Position numbers and translations under genes: made by a program
The notes under the pieces: model-generated
Seen by the model: only the letters and a program-made list of their open reading frames with translations
What the model was told of the DNA's origin: nothing
Database searches by the model: none
Virus record (IMG/VR): IMGVR_UViG_3300017963_000190
Coordinates: 62,001 to 126,000 of that record
DNA length: 64,000 nt
Direction: 5' to 3' (one strand)
Shown here: positions 19,557-28,967 of the stretch, in pieces
Layout of the letters: each line of letters begins with the position of its first letter
Numbering within the stretch: position 1 is the stretch's first letter

Positions 19557-19839
19557 CCTCTGGTTCCTCCAGGGGCAACGTCTTCAGGCTCTTGATCTCC
19601 ACCGGGCACCACACCCGGATCTCCGTACCGTCCTCCTGATAAGCCACAAACTCCACCACCACCTTGGTCGCGTTCGTCGCCGGACCAACCACCACACCCT
19701 TGGCCCCAGCTTCAAAAATGATTTTCGTGTTCAGGTAGTCCAAAGAGCTCGGCTGGAGCTGGAGATCGATGCTCTTCTCCGAGAAGACCTCGGTGCCGCT
19801 GGCCAGTGTGGGCCGGTTGGGATAAGGCTTACTCATCAC
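19543..19839 (-). CDS. Small array protein 1
   Basis: 98 aa, beta-rich; ends EEPEDDST. Confidence 0.7.
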   Translation of the reverse strand: MMSKPYPNRPTLASGTEVFSEKSIDLQLQPSSLDYLNTKIIFEAGAKGVVVGPATNATKVVVEFVAYQEDGTEIRVWCPVEIKSLKTLPLEEPEDDST

Positions 19840-20566
19840 CAGCCTCTTGACCCTCGGTCACCTCCCAATCCAGGTACATCTTGGGGAGCATGTCCTCGGG
19901 CTTCCAGTTGGCCTTCGTTTCCTCGATGGTTGCGCTCTGGTACTTCCCTTTGCTGATGTAGCCGGGGTCTGTTTCTTCTAGCGGGTCGGTCTTGAAGAAG
20001 ACCACCTGGCCGATGCGGCGGCCTACGACTAGGGGGATCGTATTGAAGCGAGAGTTGTTGGTGACCTCTAAAGTCCAACGATTACAATAACTTATGTCTC
20101 CTAGGCCAGCGCAGCGGGCCACCTCCAAGAAGTTCCGTCCAGCAGAAGACCGCGCCTTCATCATGGTGGTGACGTCGTTGGAGCAGCCACCAATAAATTC
20201 CAGGGTGTGTGCCAGAATGGCTTCCTGTGGCCGAATCAAAATGACTTGATCCTTTGGGCGGATATTTTTCAGCAAGCCACGCCCGAGCTGTGATGCTAGC
20301 ACACGTTCCGCTGGCTGTGCGCGCTCAAGGTTCCATAGTTTCTGGACATGGTCTTCATCGTATGGATTGTAGAGGTACTCTGCAACACGGAGCGCAGGAA
20401 GCCCCGCACTGTCACCATTTTGCTCACGCCAGTAGTATTCCCCCAACGTTACATCGTAGCTGTTGGTTCCTACGTTCTCCGGCCTAAACGGGTCTATAAC
20501 GATCTCTTTTGCTTGGAGGCAGCTAAAAATTGCAGTACGGCTCAATAGACTATAGCGTACAGACAT
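19829..20566 (-). CDS. dcd: dCTP deaminase
   Basis: NSYDVTLG, ARSSAGR, WTLEVTN, GRRIGQVVF and YISKGKYQ motifs; likely start ATG 20566. Confidence 0.9.
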   Translation of the reverse strand: MSVRYSLLSRTAIFSCLQAKEIVIDPFRPENVGTNSYDVTLGEYYWREQNGDSAGLPALRVAEYLYNPYDEDHVQKLWNLERAQPAERVLASQLGRGLLKNIRPKDQVILIRPQEAILAHTLEFIGGCSNDVTTMMKARSSAGRNFLEVARCAGLGDISYCNRWTLEVTNNSRFNTIPLVVGRRIGQVVFFKTDPLEETDPGYISKGKYQSATIEETKANWKPEDMLPKMYLDWEVTEGQEAGDE

Positions 20567-20643
20567 CTCTACATTTCTCCCGGAGGAGCTCGTTCTGCAC
20601 GAGCACCTAATTATGATTTTACAAGATTGGGTTGCGTATGGAG

Positions 20644-21507
20644 CTATGCAGCAGCTGGGTTGATCCAAATGCACTCAACGCGCTTCTGGAAAGCCTTGAT
20701 GACGCCACTGCCTTGGAGTTGGGTATGCTTCGTTCGTGCTGCCGCGTTGCAGGATCTGTCAAACTTGACGCACTCCCAGCCATTCTTTTCGAGCGGCGCG
20801 TACATGTCATTTGGGTACCCTGAAAGGATAGCCATCCCGCGTATATTGAGAAGCACGTCTACGAGCTTCTCGTGGTCTTGTGTCTGCATCTCAAAAGAGA
20901 ACCAACCGTCTCTGCGGGTCTCTTTAGGATAAGGGGGGTCTAAGTAGAACAGAGTGTCTTCTGCGTCAAACTTTTCAACAACGACAGACCAGTCCTTGTT
21001 GTAGATTTTAACCTCTTTCATTCTATCTGCAATACGAGGGAGCATTTGAATGGCCTGGACGTAAGCGCTGATTGGCTGCGCCATTCCCCTCACACTGGAG
21101 TTTGTTACAAGTCCCCACGACGATCTGTCGAGCATTCCTCCCAGCGATTGACGGGAGTCCACGAAGAACATGCTGGCGCGTTCCACCATGTCTTCCTCAG
21201 CTGGAGCTTGATCTTTGCTTTCTAGTCGCTCCTGTCTGCTATAAGGTGTGAGCTCCAGCCGTTGGATCAGCTGCGCACGAAGATCATCATCGACAATGCA
21301 ACGAAATAAACCGGCGAACCTTGGATCGAGGTCGTTGTAGACCTCCATAGCCGACCTTGGTTTTACAAGCAGAAGATTCGCTCCACCACCAAATGGTTCC
21401 ACATAGGTGCGGTGCTCCGGGAAATAAGGCAGGATGCGTTTGCGCAGGACACCCTTTCCTCCAATCATCTTGATTGGAGACCTAAGCACGCGTTCACGCA
21501 TCATCAT
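20644..21507 (-). CDS. dam: DNA adenine methyltransferase (Dam/D12 class)
   Basis: IGGK, YVEPFGGG, YNDLD and YLDPPY motifs. Confidence 0.92.
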   Translation of the reverse strand: MMMRERVLRSPIKMIGGKGVLRKRILPYFPEHRTYVEPFGGGANLLLVKPRSAMEVYNDLDPRFAGLFRCIVDDDLRAQLIQRLELTPYSRQERLESKDQAPAEEDMVERASMFFVDSRQSLGGMLDRSSWGLVTNSSVRGMAQPISAYVQAIQMLPRIADRMKEVKIYNKDWSVVVEKFDAEDTLFYLDPPYPKETRRDGWFSFEMQTQDHEKLVDVLLNIRGMAILSGYPNDMYAPLEKNGWECVKFDRSCNAAARTKHTQLQGSGVIKAFQKRVECIWINPAAA

Positions 21508-23686
21508 TCTCCACAGGGATAGGTACGATGGTCGATACTTTCATCTTTTCCAGCGCGGCTACCGTTGCCTCTGCGGATTTGATTGCGCGCCGACCATCCC
21601 CCAGCACTACCAGGTTGCTCTCGCCAACAGAGAAAGTTGTGGCACTTGGGTCATCCAAGATGTCAACCGCGTCTATTTCAGTGCCATCGCCCAAATAGGT
21701 TTGCGTGTCAGCTTTGGCGACACGCACTGCGAGGACCTCGACCTTTTTGCGTCCAATTCCAGGAAGGCGTTTGCCTTTAACGTTTGGTCGAGTGATCTTG
21801 AACTCTTCTCCCTGAAGGAGGATTTCCTCGTCGTCGCTCTGTATCACTACCGTGTCATCTTGGTTGACGGCTCCGGCAAAAATGATATCGTGTTCTGGCA
21901 TCTCTTTGAATACCATGAACTGCGTGCGCCGCTGATCAGGAGGAAACGCTACGTAGTCTCCGTTGGCAGTAATCACGAGCATGCAGTCGTCGTTCTCCGA
22001 TGCCACACCTAAGATGGTAGCTACGTTTTTGTCGAACTTGTCTGGGAAAGACAGCGACGCGCTTTGACCGATGTTGTCTTCTGATACCACCGCAAACTTG
22101 CTGGGTGTTGCTACCAGGTTGACGTAAGGCCACGCTGCGCGGCTTTTCACTGGCGGCTCCGAGAAGCTGTCGAACTTTCCTTGAGGAGTTACGCCTACGT
22201 AGTAAGTGGTTTCTTTCGCGGTAACGTCCAGATCTTCTTTGCCGCCTCGCAGTCGTGTTCCCCGCTTGTCCGCGTACTTGAGCATCTCCTGCAGCCTGCG
22301 TTCTACCACGCCGTCTATGTTCTCTAGATCGTCTGCGACCGCACCCAAGCGCTTTTTATGTTGGTCGATGCGCTCACCTAGCTTCTTCTCGTTCAACTTG
22401 CGCACCAGTCCACGTACGGTGGTGTCCAATAATACTTGAGCCTGCCGTTCGTTGAGCTCCAACTTATTTTCAAGCTGCCGTAGAATCTCATCCATCGAGT
22501 TGGCGGAGTTGATGATCTTCATCACGAGGCTTAGATTCTGCACCGCTATATACCGGGCTTGATCCGCCTCCAGTTTCTTCTGAAGCTCCTCCTGCTCCGT
22601 TTGTAGCACGAGCTTTTCTACTTTACGCCTGAAGTTGATGAACACCTGGATGAGCTTCTTCAGCCCACACAACCGCGGACGTTTTTTCGAGTCCAGTACA
22701 TAGAATTGGTAGGAGACGGATGACTTCAGGAGCGGCAGCACGCGGTCGTTGACGATCTTAGGATCCGTGAATTCCACCACGATGCGGGTGCCTACATCCA
22801 TAGACCCTTCATCGTTGGCTGCTGATACGAGCAGTTTAGCATCAGCTAGTTTCTGCGTCTGATTAAGTAATTTGGTTGCCTTTTTTGAGGTGAACCCTGG
22901 GTCCAGACCGGTGATAACGAGCTTTTGTCTACCGCGCTTTCCTTCCTCAAATCGATAATTGCATGAGAAAGTCAGCTTGCCTTGACCAGTCTCGTAGAGT
23001 TCTCGCAACTCGGCTTTTCTAGATAGCAAAACACCTGCCCCAGAGTCCGGCCCCTTGATGTGCTTGAGCAGCTCGTCTGTGGTGCATTCCGGGTTCTTTA
23101 GGGTGTGCAGCGTAGCGTTGATTACTTCACCCAGGTTATGTGGAGGAATGTTTGTCGACATCCCCACAGCCACGCCCGAGCTTCCGTTTACTAGCACCAT
23201 CGGCACACGGGTGGGTAGTAAAATAGGCTCGTCGTGTTCCTCTGTGTAGGATTTCATCAGAGGCATCACGTGGATGTCATCAAATAATCTGTCGGCGAAT
23301 TCGGTGAGCTGCGTCTCTGTGTAACGATAGGGTGCGGGTGGTTCATCCATCAAGGATGTCTTGCCACCGAAGTTGCCGTGTTTTTCGATCAGCGGCTGTC
23401 TGAGCCATCCCATATTCACCAGGGCTCCGTAGCATGCGGAATCCCCGTGGGGGTGGTAGCGGCCGATCACCGATCCAACTACTTGGGCACATTTAACTGG
23501 GATGGCTTTGCTGTGTCGTTTTAGCTCATGCAGCGCCCACAACGTGCGGCGTTGTACGGGCTTTAGGCCATCGCGTCCATCCGCGATAGCTCTGTCCTCG
23601 ATGACGTAGAATCCATAGCTGCGGAGGTTGTCGCGAACTATCTCGGCCGTTTCTTTCTTGGAGGAGACTGTTATTGATAGAGGCAT
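21494..23686 (-). CDS. gyrA: Type IIA topoisomerase subunit A (GyrA/ParC-like)
   Basis: RDGLKPVQRR, YHPHGD, catalytic RYTE, NGSSGVAVGMSTNIPPHN; likely start ATG 23686. No canonical GyrA-box seen. Confidence 0.92.
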   Translation of the reverse strand: MPLSITVSSKKETAEIVRDNLRSYGFYVIEDRAIADGRDGLKPVQRRTLWALHELKRHSKAIPVKCAQVVGSVIGRYHPHGDSACYGALVNMGWLRQPLIEKHGNFGGKTSLMDEPPAPYRYTETQLTEFADRLFDDIHVMPLMKSYTEEHDEPILLPTRVPMVLVNGSSGVAVGMSTNIPPHNLGEVINATLHTLKNPECTTDELLKHIKGPDSGAGVLLSRKAELRELYETGQGKLTFSCNYRFEEGKRGRQKLVITGLDPGFTSKKATKLLNQTQKLADAKLLVSAANDEGSMDVGTRIVVEFTDPKIVNDRVLPLLKSSVSYQFYVLDSKKRPRLCGLKKLIQVFINFRRKVEKLVLQTEQEELQKKLEADQARYIAVQNLSLVMKIINSANSMDEILRQLENKLELNERQAQVLLDTTVRGLVRKLNEKKLGERIDQHKKRLGAVADDLENIDGVVERRLQEMLKYADKRGTRLRGGKEDLDVTAKETTYYVGVTPQGKFDSFSEPPVKSRAAWPYVNLVATPSKFAVVSEDNIGQSASLSFPDKFDKNVATILGVASENDDCMLVITANGDYVAFPPDQRRTQFMVFKEMPEHDIIFAGAVNQDDTVVIQSDDEEILLQGEEFKITRPNVKGKRLPGIGRKKVEVLAVRVAKADTQTYLGDGTEIDAVDILDDPSATTFSVGESNLVVLGDGRRAIKSAEATVAALEKMKVSTIVPIPVENDDA

Positions 23687-23688
23687 CA

Positions 23689-25554
23689 CTACTCCACGAT
23701 ATCTAGTAGTTCTTTTCGCGCAGCTGCGTCCAGTCCCATGTACAGTAGCACCCGATCTTGATCGTCTTTGCCTCCCCACACCACCTGGCACGTGTCTCGC
23801 GTTTTTTCATTCATCGCGTAGACACGTAATGCGTCTGCCCCAGATTCACCCAAGCCCTTGAATCGAGTAATGCGCAGCTTCCTGGGATTGCCTAGCTTCT
23901 CCCGAACTTCTGCTGCCGTATCTCCGAATACACGTTGTTTGGCAGTGACGCCCATGAATAGGGGACTGTTCACCACAAATAATCTGCCGGCCTCGATGAT
24001 CTCCGACAGGTGCTTGGCGAAGAATGCCAGCAACAGTGCTTGGATGTGGTGTCCATCTGTGTCCGCATCCATGAGCAAGTAGATTGCACGGTAACGGCAT
24101 TTCTTCAGGTCGAACACCGGTCCGATGCCTGTGCCGATAGCCTGTGCAATGTTGGACAGCTCTGTGTTCTTTAGAGCCTCCTCCACACCTCCCTTGCGTG
24201 CAGCGTTGAGCACCTTCCCCCGAAGGGGGAGTACTTCTTGGTAGTGGGTATTCCCCTTCAAGCTGATGCGTGCTTGCTTCACTGTGCCAAAGGCGCCATT
24301 CCCCTCGACGATGTAGAGCTCGCGTTTGTCCGGAGGGCAGTCTGGAGCGGCACAAAGCTTACCTGGTAGGATGTTTCTGGCTCCAGCGGCTACCTTCGTC
24401 CCACGCACAGCCTTTTGCTTAGCGCGGTATTTCTTGCGCTCGTCCCTAAGGTAGACTGCGTTTTCAAGCAGAGCTTCCATGCTTGTTGGGTTGGCCGCGG
24501 CGAACTTGCGCATGGCACCGTCTATGACCCGCTCAACGCCCTCCTGTACATCATGATTTTGTAGACTGCGTTTAGTCTGACCACGAAACTCCGGTTTGAG
24601 CACGTGGGCATGGACAATGGCGATCATGCCATCACGGATGTCCTCTCCACGTAGTCTACCCATTTTCCCATTTGCATGGTCGGTGACCACACGTTGGATG
24701 GCCTTTTTTGCGCCAGCAACGTGCACGCCGTGATCTGGGGTATGGGTAACGTTGACGAAAGAGCTCCAGCGTTCTGGTCCCCCTCGATCTGTCCAGACAA
24801 CCACAGCGTCCAGCGCATCTTCTTTCACCACGATTGGATCATGGAGATACGCTAGACCATCGGTCTGGGTCTTGAGCATATCTAACAGACCATCTTTTGC
24901 ATGGAACCGTTCTATAGGATCCCCGTTCACCTTGAACTCTATGGTTAGCCCAGGGCACAGGTAAGCGATGTCACGTAGCCTCCCCCGTACAAGCTTCGGA
25001 TCCAGCTTCGCCCTTTTGAAGATGGTGTAGTCCGGACGGAATTCAATCCTGGTGCCGAAACGCATCTTGCGCTTTGACCGCTTAACCTTAGTTACTGGCT
25101 CACCACGCTCAAAGGTTTGCTGGTACACCTTCTCATTCTGCACAGTCCAGACGATGAGCCTCTCGGATAGCGCATTGGTCGCCTTGACGCCCACACCATG
25201 CAGCCCAGCTACAGCACTGGTGTACGCTCCATGCCCAAACTTTCCCCCTGAGTGGAGCTTCGTTAGGACTGCGGTCAGCATCGGTAGCCCAGTCTTTTTG
25301 TGCTTCTTTACTGGGATGCCCCGGCCATTGTCGATGACAGTGACCACCTGCTGCTCGGTGTCTATTTTTACGCCGATCGCGGTAACATGTCCATCCATGT
25401 ACTCATCCACCGCGTTGGCTACTACCTCCTCGATGATGTGGTGCAGCCCTTCGGATCCAGTGTCGCCAATGTACATGGCCGGGCTTTGCCGCACCGGCTC
25501 CAGATTCTCCAGAATGCGTATCTGGTTGGCATCGTAGTGACGTTTTTTGGCCAT
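23689..25554 (-). CDS. gyrB: Type IIA topoisomerase subunit B (GyrB/ParE-like)
   Basis: GHKL ATPase (EVVANAVDE, DNGRGIP, GLHGVG); Toprim (VEG, PLRGK, DADTDG); RFKGLGE. Confidence 0.95.
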   Translation of the reverse strand: MAKKRHYDANQIRILENLEPVRQSPAMYIGDTGSEGLHHIIEEVVANAVDEYMDGHVTAIGVKIDTEQQVVTVIDNGRGIPVKKHKKTGLPMLTAVLTKLHSGGKFGHGAYTSAVAGLHGVGVKATNALSERLIVWTVQNEKVYQQTFERGEPVTKVKRSKRKMRFGTRIEFRPDYTIFKRAKLDPKLVRGRLRDIAYLCPGLTIEFKVNGDPIERFHAKDGLLDMLKTQTDGLAYLHDPIVVKEDALDAVVVWTDRGGPERWSSFVNVTHTPDHGVHVAGAKKAIQRVVTDHANGKMGRLRGEDIRDGMIAIVHAHVLKPEFRGQTKRSLQNHDVQEGVERVIDGAMRKFAAANPTSMEALLENAVYLRDERKKYRAKQKAVRGTKVAAGARNILPGKLCAAPDCPPDKRELYIVEGNGAFGTVKQARISLKGNTHYQEVLPLRGKVLNAARKGGVEEALKNTELSNIAQAIGTGIGPVFDLKKCRYRAIYLLMDADTDGHHIQALLLAFFAKHLSEIIEAGRLFVVNSPLFMGVTAKQRVFGDTAAEVREKLGNPRKLRITRFKGLGESGADALRVYAMNEKTRDTCQVVWGGKDDQDRVLLYMGLDAAARKELLDIVE

Positions 25555-25577
25555 GCGTTCTCCAATGGTTTCCAGGG

Positions 25578-25607
25578 AGTATAACCAGAAGTCTTGACGT
25601 TGTCAAG
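25578..25607 (-). promoter_or_regulatory. Sigma70-type promoter for the gyrB-gyrA-dam unit, with a palindrome over the -35
   Basis: TTGACA (25606-25601), 17 nt, TATACT (25583-25578); CTTGAC-N3-GTCAAG at 25593-25607. Confidence 0.85.
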
Positions 25608-28595
25608 TTATGCCCAAAATTGGTTGTAGCGGTAGCGGTGATCTAGGTATTTCATGGCGAGAGGAAGAGGGCCTTTTTTGAGATCTATCCTAACCTGCTT
25701 GGATCCGCACGCTTCGCAGCGCTTGTTGGTGGGCCATTTTTTCTCCGTCCTCTTCTTTTCACAAGCCAGGCAGCGTACAGTGTACACCTCATCCACGACT
25801 ACGTCCACTTGTGTTCCCCAATTGGGACCAATAGTGAAATCCGCGACGAAGGGGATAGTGAGCTCTATCTCAAAGGGAGCGAATATATGAGGGTCAGTCA
25901 TGATCCTATCTACTTCATGAATGTACTCCTCTGTGTCTGGCCACGGCACCTCCGCGATGATGCTGTCATGGACGATGTTAATCAGCCTCCATGGCTTGTT
26001 GTGCTCCTCGATGAACTTTTGGATATTGATGCAAGCCATCAGGTTGGTGTCGGAGGCGATCGATTGAATGGGCGCATTTCTACATACCCGCGCCTCGTAG
26101 GATTTGTACTTTCCTATGTCCGTAGGGATTCTGCGCTCCCCACCTCCGTAGCTAGGTACCTTGAAAAATGAATTTTCATCGTCCGCCACGAAATTTGATA
26201 TGAGGTGGCGTCTTCTACCAATCGGCGACTCCACAAAGCCCGCCTCCAGTCCTTGTTTTTCGATGGAATGCAGCCATTTCTTGGCTTCAGGGAATTGATC
26301 GAAGAATTTGTTTTGGAATACTTCGGCTTCGCTATGCGACAGCTTCAGACGCTCAGCTAAGCCATGCACAGACATACCATAGATGATTCCAAACACAATG
26401 GCCTTCGAGGCACCGCGCTCATCGTCTGAGATGTCTTGCGGCGGCTTACCGAATATCTTGGACGCTGTCTGACGGTGGAAATCCCCAGCCTTCATCAGTT
26501 TGATGAAGTTTTCCTTAGTAGGATTTTTCGTATAGGCCGCTTTTGCGTCATCCACAACAGCGAAAGCTTTATTGAGATCTGGATCTCCTGTAATCTGCGC
26601 CAGCCACCTTACCTCTGCCTGACTGTAATCAGCACAGATCATGAGATTTCCATCTTCCACTGAGTAGACAGACTTCACAGCCAGCGCCGTGGGCGTTTTC
26701 CCTTTCGGGATGTTTTGCATGTTTGGCCTGTCGCTACTGGTTCTGGACGTGGCTGTCTTGTGGAAGTTGAAGTTTGCGCGAACCCGGCCATCCTGCATAT
26801 CTGGATGGGTCAAAAGCATTTTGTAAATAGAATCGATGTACGTACCGCGCAGCTTATCCAAGGCAGTCCACTCTGATATTAGGTCAACCTCTGCTACCCC
26901 TTTATTGTTTTTCCAGAACTCTTTTCCAAAAGAGTAGCGACCAGTCGCTGTCTTGGACGTGTCTAAATTGAGGATGTCCACGAAGAGGGCTTTCCGCGAA
27001 GCTGGTTTGTTGACGTGAAATGCCCACGGCGTGGCGGAATCGTTGTTCCATATTCCCCGCATTCCATGCGTCTTACCGCTGCGCCCCAGCAGCATTTCAT
27101 TGGCCTTTTTCACAGAAGGGAGCCCGCGGAGCTCATGTATTATTTGGGATTGTCGCCCTACTATGGGGGAGTCCTTATTCATCAAGTAGCGGAGGTGGTC
27201 TTGGTCAGCCAGAATTCCATTTCGTTCCATCCGGGCGGCGAACATAGAAGCGGGTCCATGCATCACCAGCCCAAGCCTGCGCAAGACGCTGTTGTAGCCG
27301 AGCTGGTCGGCCATGATGTCCTCGAACGTATGGATCCTGTGCGTGACGTAGCAGTCCATGCCATTGTACTCGCAGAGTGGTCCTAGAGGAGCATCACGCA
27401 GCTTCCCCTGGTTCCTCATCTCCACAATAGGCGCGATGTCCTCATCTTCGTAGCCGCTGAACCAAAGCCACTCGTCCGCAAGCGCTTTCAGGCCGAAGGC
27501 GCTACCAGCTATAGATTTGCGGTTCTCGTTGAGCGCATGGGCCCGCAGCATTGTGTCTTCTAGAGGAAGATTCCAAAGAGGAACACCAAAGGCATCCAGT
27601 GTCACAGCGCACTCAAACTTGGCGTTGTGCGGCACCACGGCACGAAAGGACACTTTTCGTGTGGAAAAGAATTTGGTCAGCAGGCGACGGACCTCCACGA
27701 ACTCGCTGCCTCCCCATGGGCTCTCTGGATGCTTGTATGGAATTACGAACGATTTATCTGGGCTAAAGGCGAATCCTATAGTGAGTACGTCATTCTTCAC
27801 ACGATACGCAGAGTCGGTTTCGTAATCCATTGCCACGATTTGATCTGCAGGTAGATTGAGCACCATATGGGATAATAGCTTGCGTACGCGCTCCACGGTG
27901 TCTATTATAACGACAGGATCCCCACGCTTGGAGAAATCAGGGGTTGTTCCTCTAGCGCCCCAAAACATCCGCATGACGTCTTCCTCGAAGACGCCTGCCT
28001 GACTTGGCTGTCGGCTGACGAAAGCAAAGTGGTACGTAATGGTAGCTGGGAATTCTTGCCCGTCAGGGAGGCGCACCAGGTATTTTCTTCCGCGGAGCTT
28101 GTAAATTGAGTCTGCAACATTAATGGGCATATTTGTGGCTGGGTTGATTGCTAGCCCCTTAGCGGCAGATTTTCCCAGCAAGACTATCCGCTTGGGCTTT
28201 ATTCGCGCAATGTCCCTAAGGATGTTGAGCCTGCAGGAGTTGATTTCTTCTGGTGTGGGAGGTCGATCCTTTGAGGCGTCCTCTTTGTCTGCTGGACGAC
28301 AGCGGACGATATTTCCGTACGCTACGCCCGTCTCTTCGCCCCCGTTTAGCTTACGCACTAACCGGCGCAGGATCTTGCCTGTTCCCCCGATGACAGGACG
28401 TGCTAGCTGATTTTCTACTTTTCCTGGGGCCTCGGCAATAAACATGACGTCCACGTCGAGATCCTTGCCGGCACGCTTAGGACCTGGCCATACCTCGGTA
28501 GTGACTTGGTTGTGTACGTGCCGATTATGGTGGAGGGGACAGCTTTCGCAGGTGTGCTTAGCGTCTGGTGAAAGGATGTACGCGTCGTCGTCCAT
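25608..28595 (-). CDS. polA: Family A DNA polymerase with N-terminal family-4 UDG-like domain, 3'-5' exonuclease and C-terminal Zn finger
   Basis: CESC...AEAPG...NIVRCRP...C (UDG4); DYET/HNAKFE/YNGMD (exo); DYSQAE, KAIVFGIIYG, VHDS (pol A/B/C); CLAC...CEAC. Confidence 0.93.
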   Translation of the reverse strand: MDDDAYILSPDAKHTCESCPLHHNRHVHNQVTTEVWPGPKRAGKDLDVDVMFIAEAPGKVENQLARPVIGGTGKILRRLVRKLNGGEETGVAYGNIVRCRPADKEDASKDRPPTPEEINSCRLNILRDIARIKPKRIVLLGKSAAKGLAINPATNMPINVADSIYKLRGRKYLVRLPDGQEFPATITYHFAFVSRQPSQAGVFEEDVMRMFWGARGTTPDFSKRGDPVVIIDTVERVRKLLSHMVLNLPADQIVAMDYETDSAYRVKNDVLTIGFAFSPDKSFVIPYKHPESPWGGSEFVEVRRLLTKFFSTRKVSFRAVVPHNAKFECAVTLDAFGVPLWNLPLEDTMLRAHALNENRKSIAGSAFGLKALADEWLWFSGYEDEDIAPIVEMRNQGKLRDAPLGPLCEYNGMDCYVTHRIHTFEDIMADQLGYNSVLRRLGLVMHGPASMFAARMERNGILADQDHLRYLMNKDSPIVGRQSQIIHELRGLPSVKKANEMLLGRSGKTHGMRGIWNNDSATPWAFHVNKPASRKALFVDILNLDTSKTATGRYSFGKEFWKNNKGVAEVDLISEWTALDKLRGTYIDSIYKMLLTHPDMQDGRVRANFNFHKTATSRTSSDRPNMQNIPKGKTPTALAVKSVYSVEDGNLMICADYSQAEVRWLAQITGDPDLNKAFAVVDDAKAAYTKNPTKENFIKLMKAGDFHRQTASKIFGKPPQDISDDERGASKAIVFGIIYGMSVHGLAERLKLSHSEAEVFQNKFFDQFPEAKKWLHSIEKQGLEAGFVESPIGRRRHLISNFVADDENSFFKVPSYGGGERRIPTDIGKYKSYEARVCRNAPIQSIASDTNLMACINIQKFIEEHNKPWRLINIVHDSIIAEVPWPDTEEYIHEVDRIMTDPHIFAPFEIELTIPFVADFTIGPNWGTQVDVVVDEVYTVRCLACEKKRTEKKWPTNKRCEACGSKQVRIDLKKGPLPLAMKYLDHRYRYNQFWA

Positions 28596-28950
28596 GTCTC
28601 TGACTGCCTCCCAGTACCGTGTCCGCGGTACGCAGTAAATTTACTAGGGAGGTGCCAGCTGAGCCATGCTGTATGAATGGTGCAGGGTTTCTTGAAATGG
28701 CTTGCATTACCCGCTCGACTTGGGAACGGATCATAGTAGCTACCGGTCCCGAGCAGTTATAGCGGTAGATGAGCGCCTGCACATCCACATGGCCCTTTGC
28801 TTCGCTGTCGTACACCAGAAGTTGGTATCTGCCGTCCACGTTAGCTGGCCACAATTTCAAGCTGGCACCGCCCTGCTCTAGTATAGTACAAGGTGCCGCC
28901 TCGTTTTTGGTGGGGACGCGGCTTCGACGTTTGCCTCTACAACAGGCCAT
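28558..28950 (-). CDS. Hypothetical protein
   Basis: GGAGG SD; MACCRG start; overlaps the polA start. Confidence 0.65.
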   Translation of the reverse strand: MACCRGKRRSRVPTKNEAAPCTILEQGGASLKLWPANVDGRYQLLVYDSEAKGHVDVQALIYRYNCSGPVATMIRSQVERVMQAISRNPAPFIQHGSAGTSLVNLLRTADTVLGGSQRHGRRRVHPFTRR

Positions 28951-28967
28951 TATTAAATCCTCCGTAA

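Larger units (their letters stand above)
18810..19568 (-). repeat. Repeated gene-junction motif GAGGAACCAGA(G/A)
   Basis: Exact copies near 19568, 19372, 19022 and 18821, and a degenerate copy (GAGGAAGATAGC) near 19221; each precedes the next start codon. Confidence 0.85.

Noticed and set aside
18792-19570. Junction repeats read as a CRISPR array or integron attC sites
   Set aside because: Repeats are only ~12 bp, non-palindromic and separated by 150-210 bp of intact coding sequence; no cas or integrase gene seen.
20567-23791. Long N-terminal extensions on dcd and gyrA given by the ORF track (likewise brxL, HNH and 38802..39923)
   Set aside because: They overlap upstream genes or promoters; downstream ATGs give better SD or family-typical starts.
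21494-28595. Inteins or introns in the topoisomerase or polymerase
   Set aside because: Motif spacing is continuous; no intein splice-junction or homing-endonuclease motifs seen.
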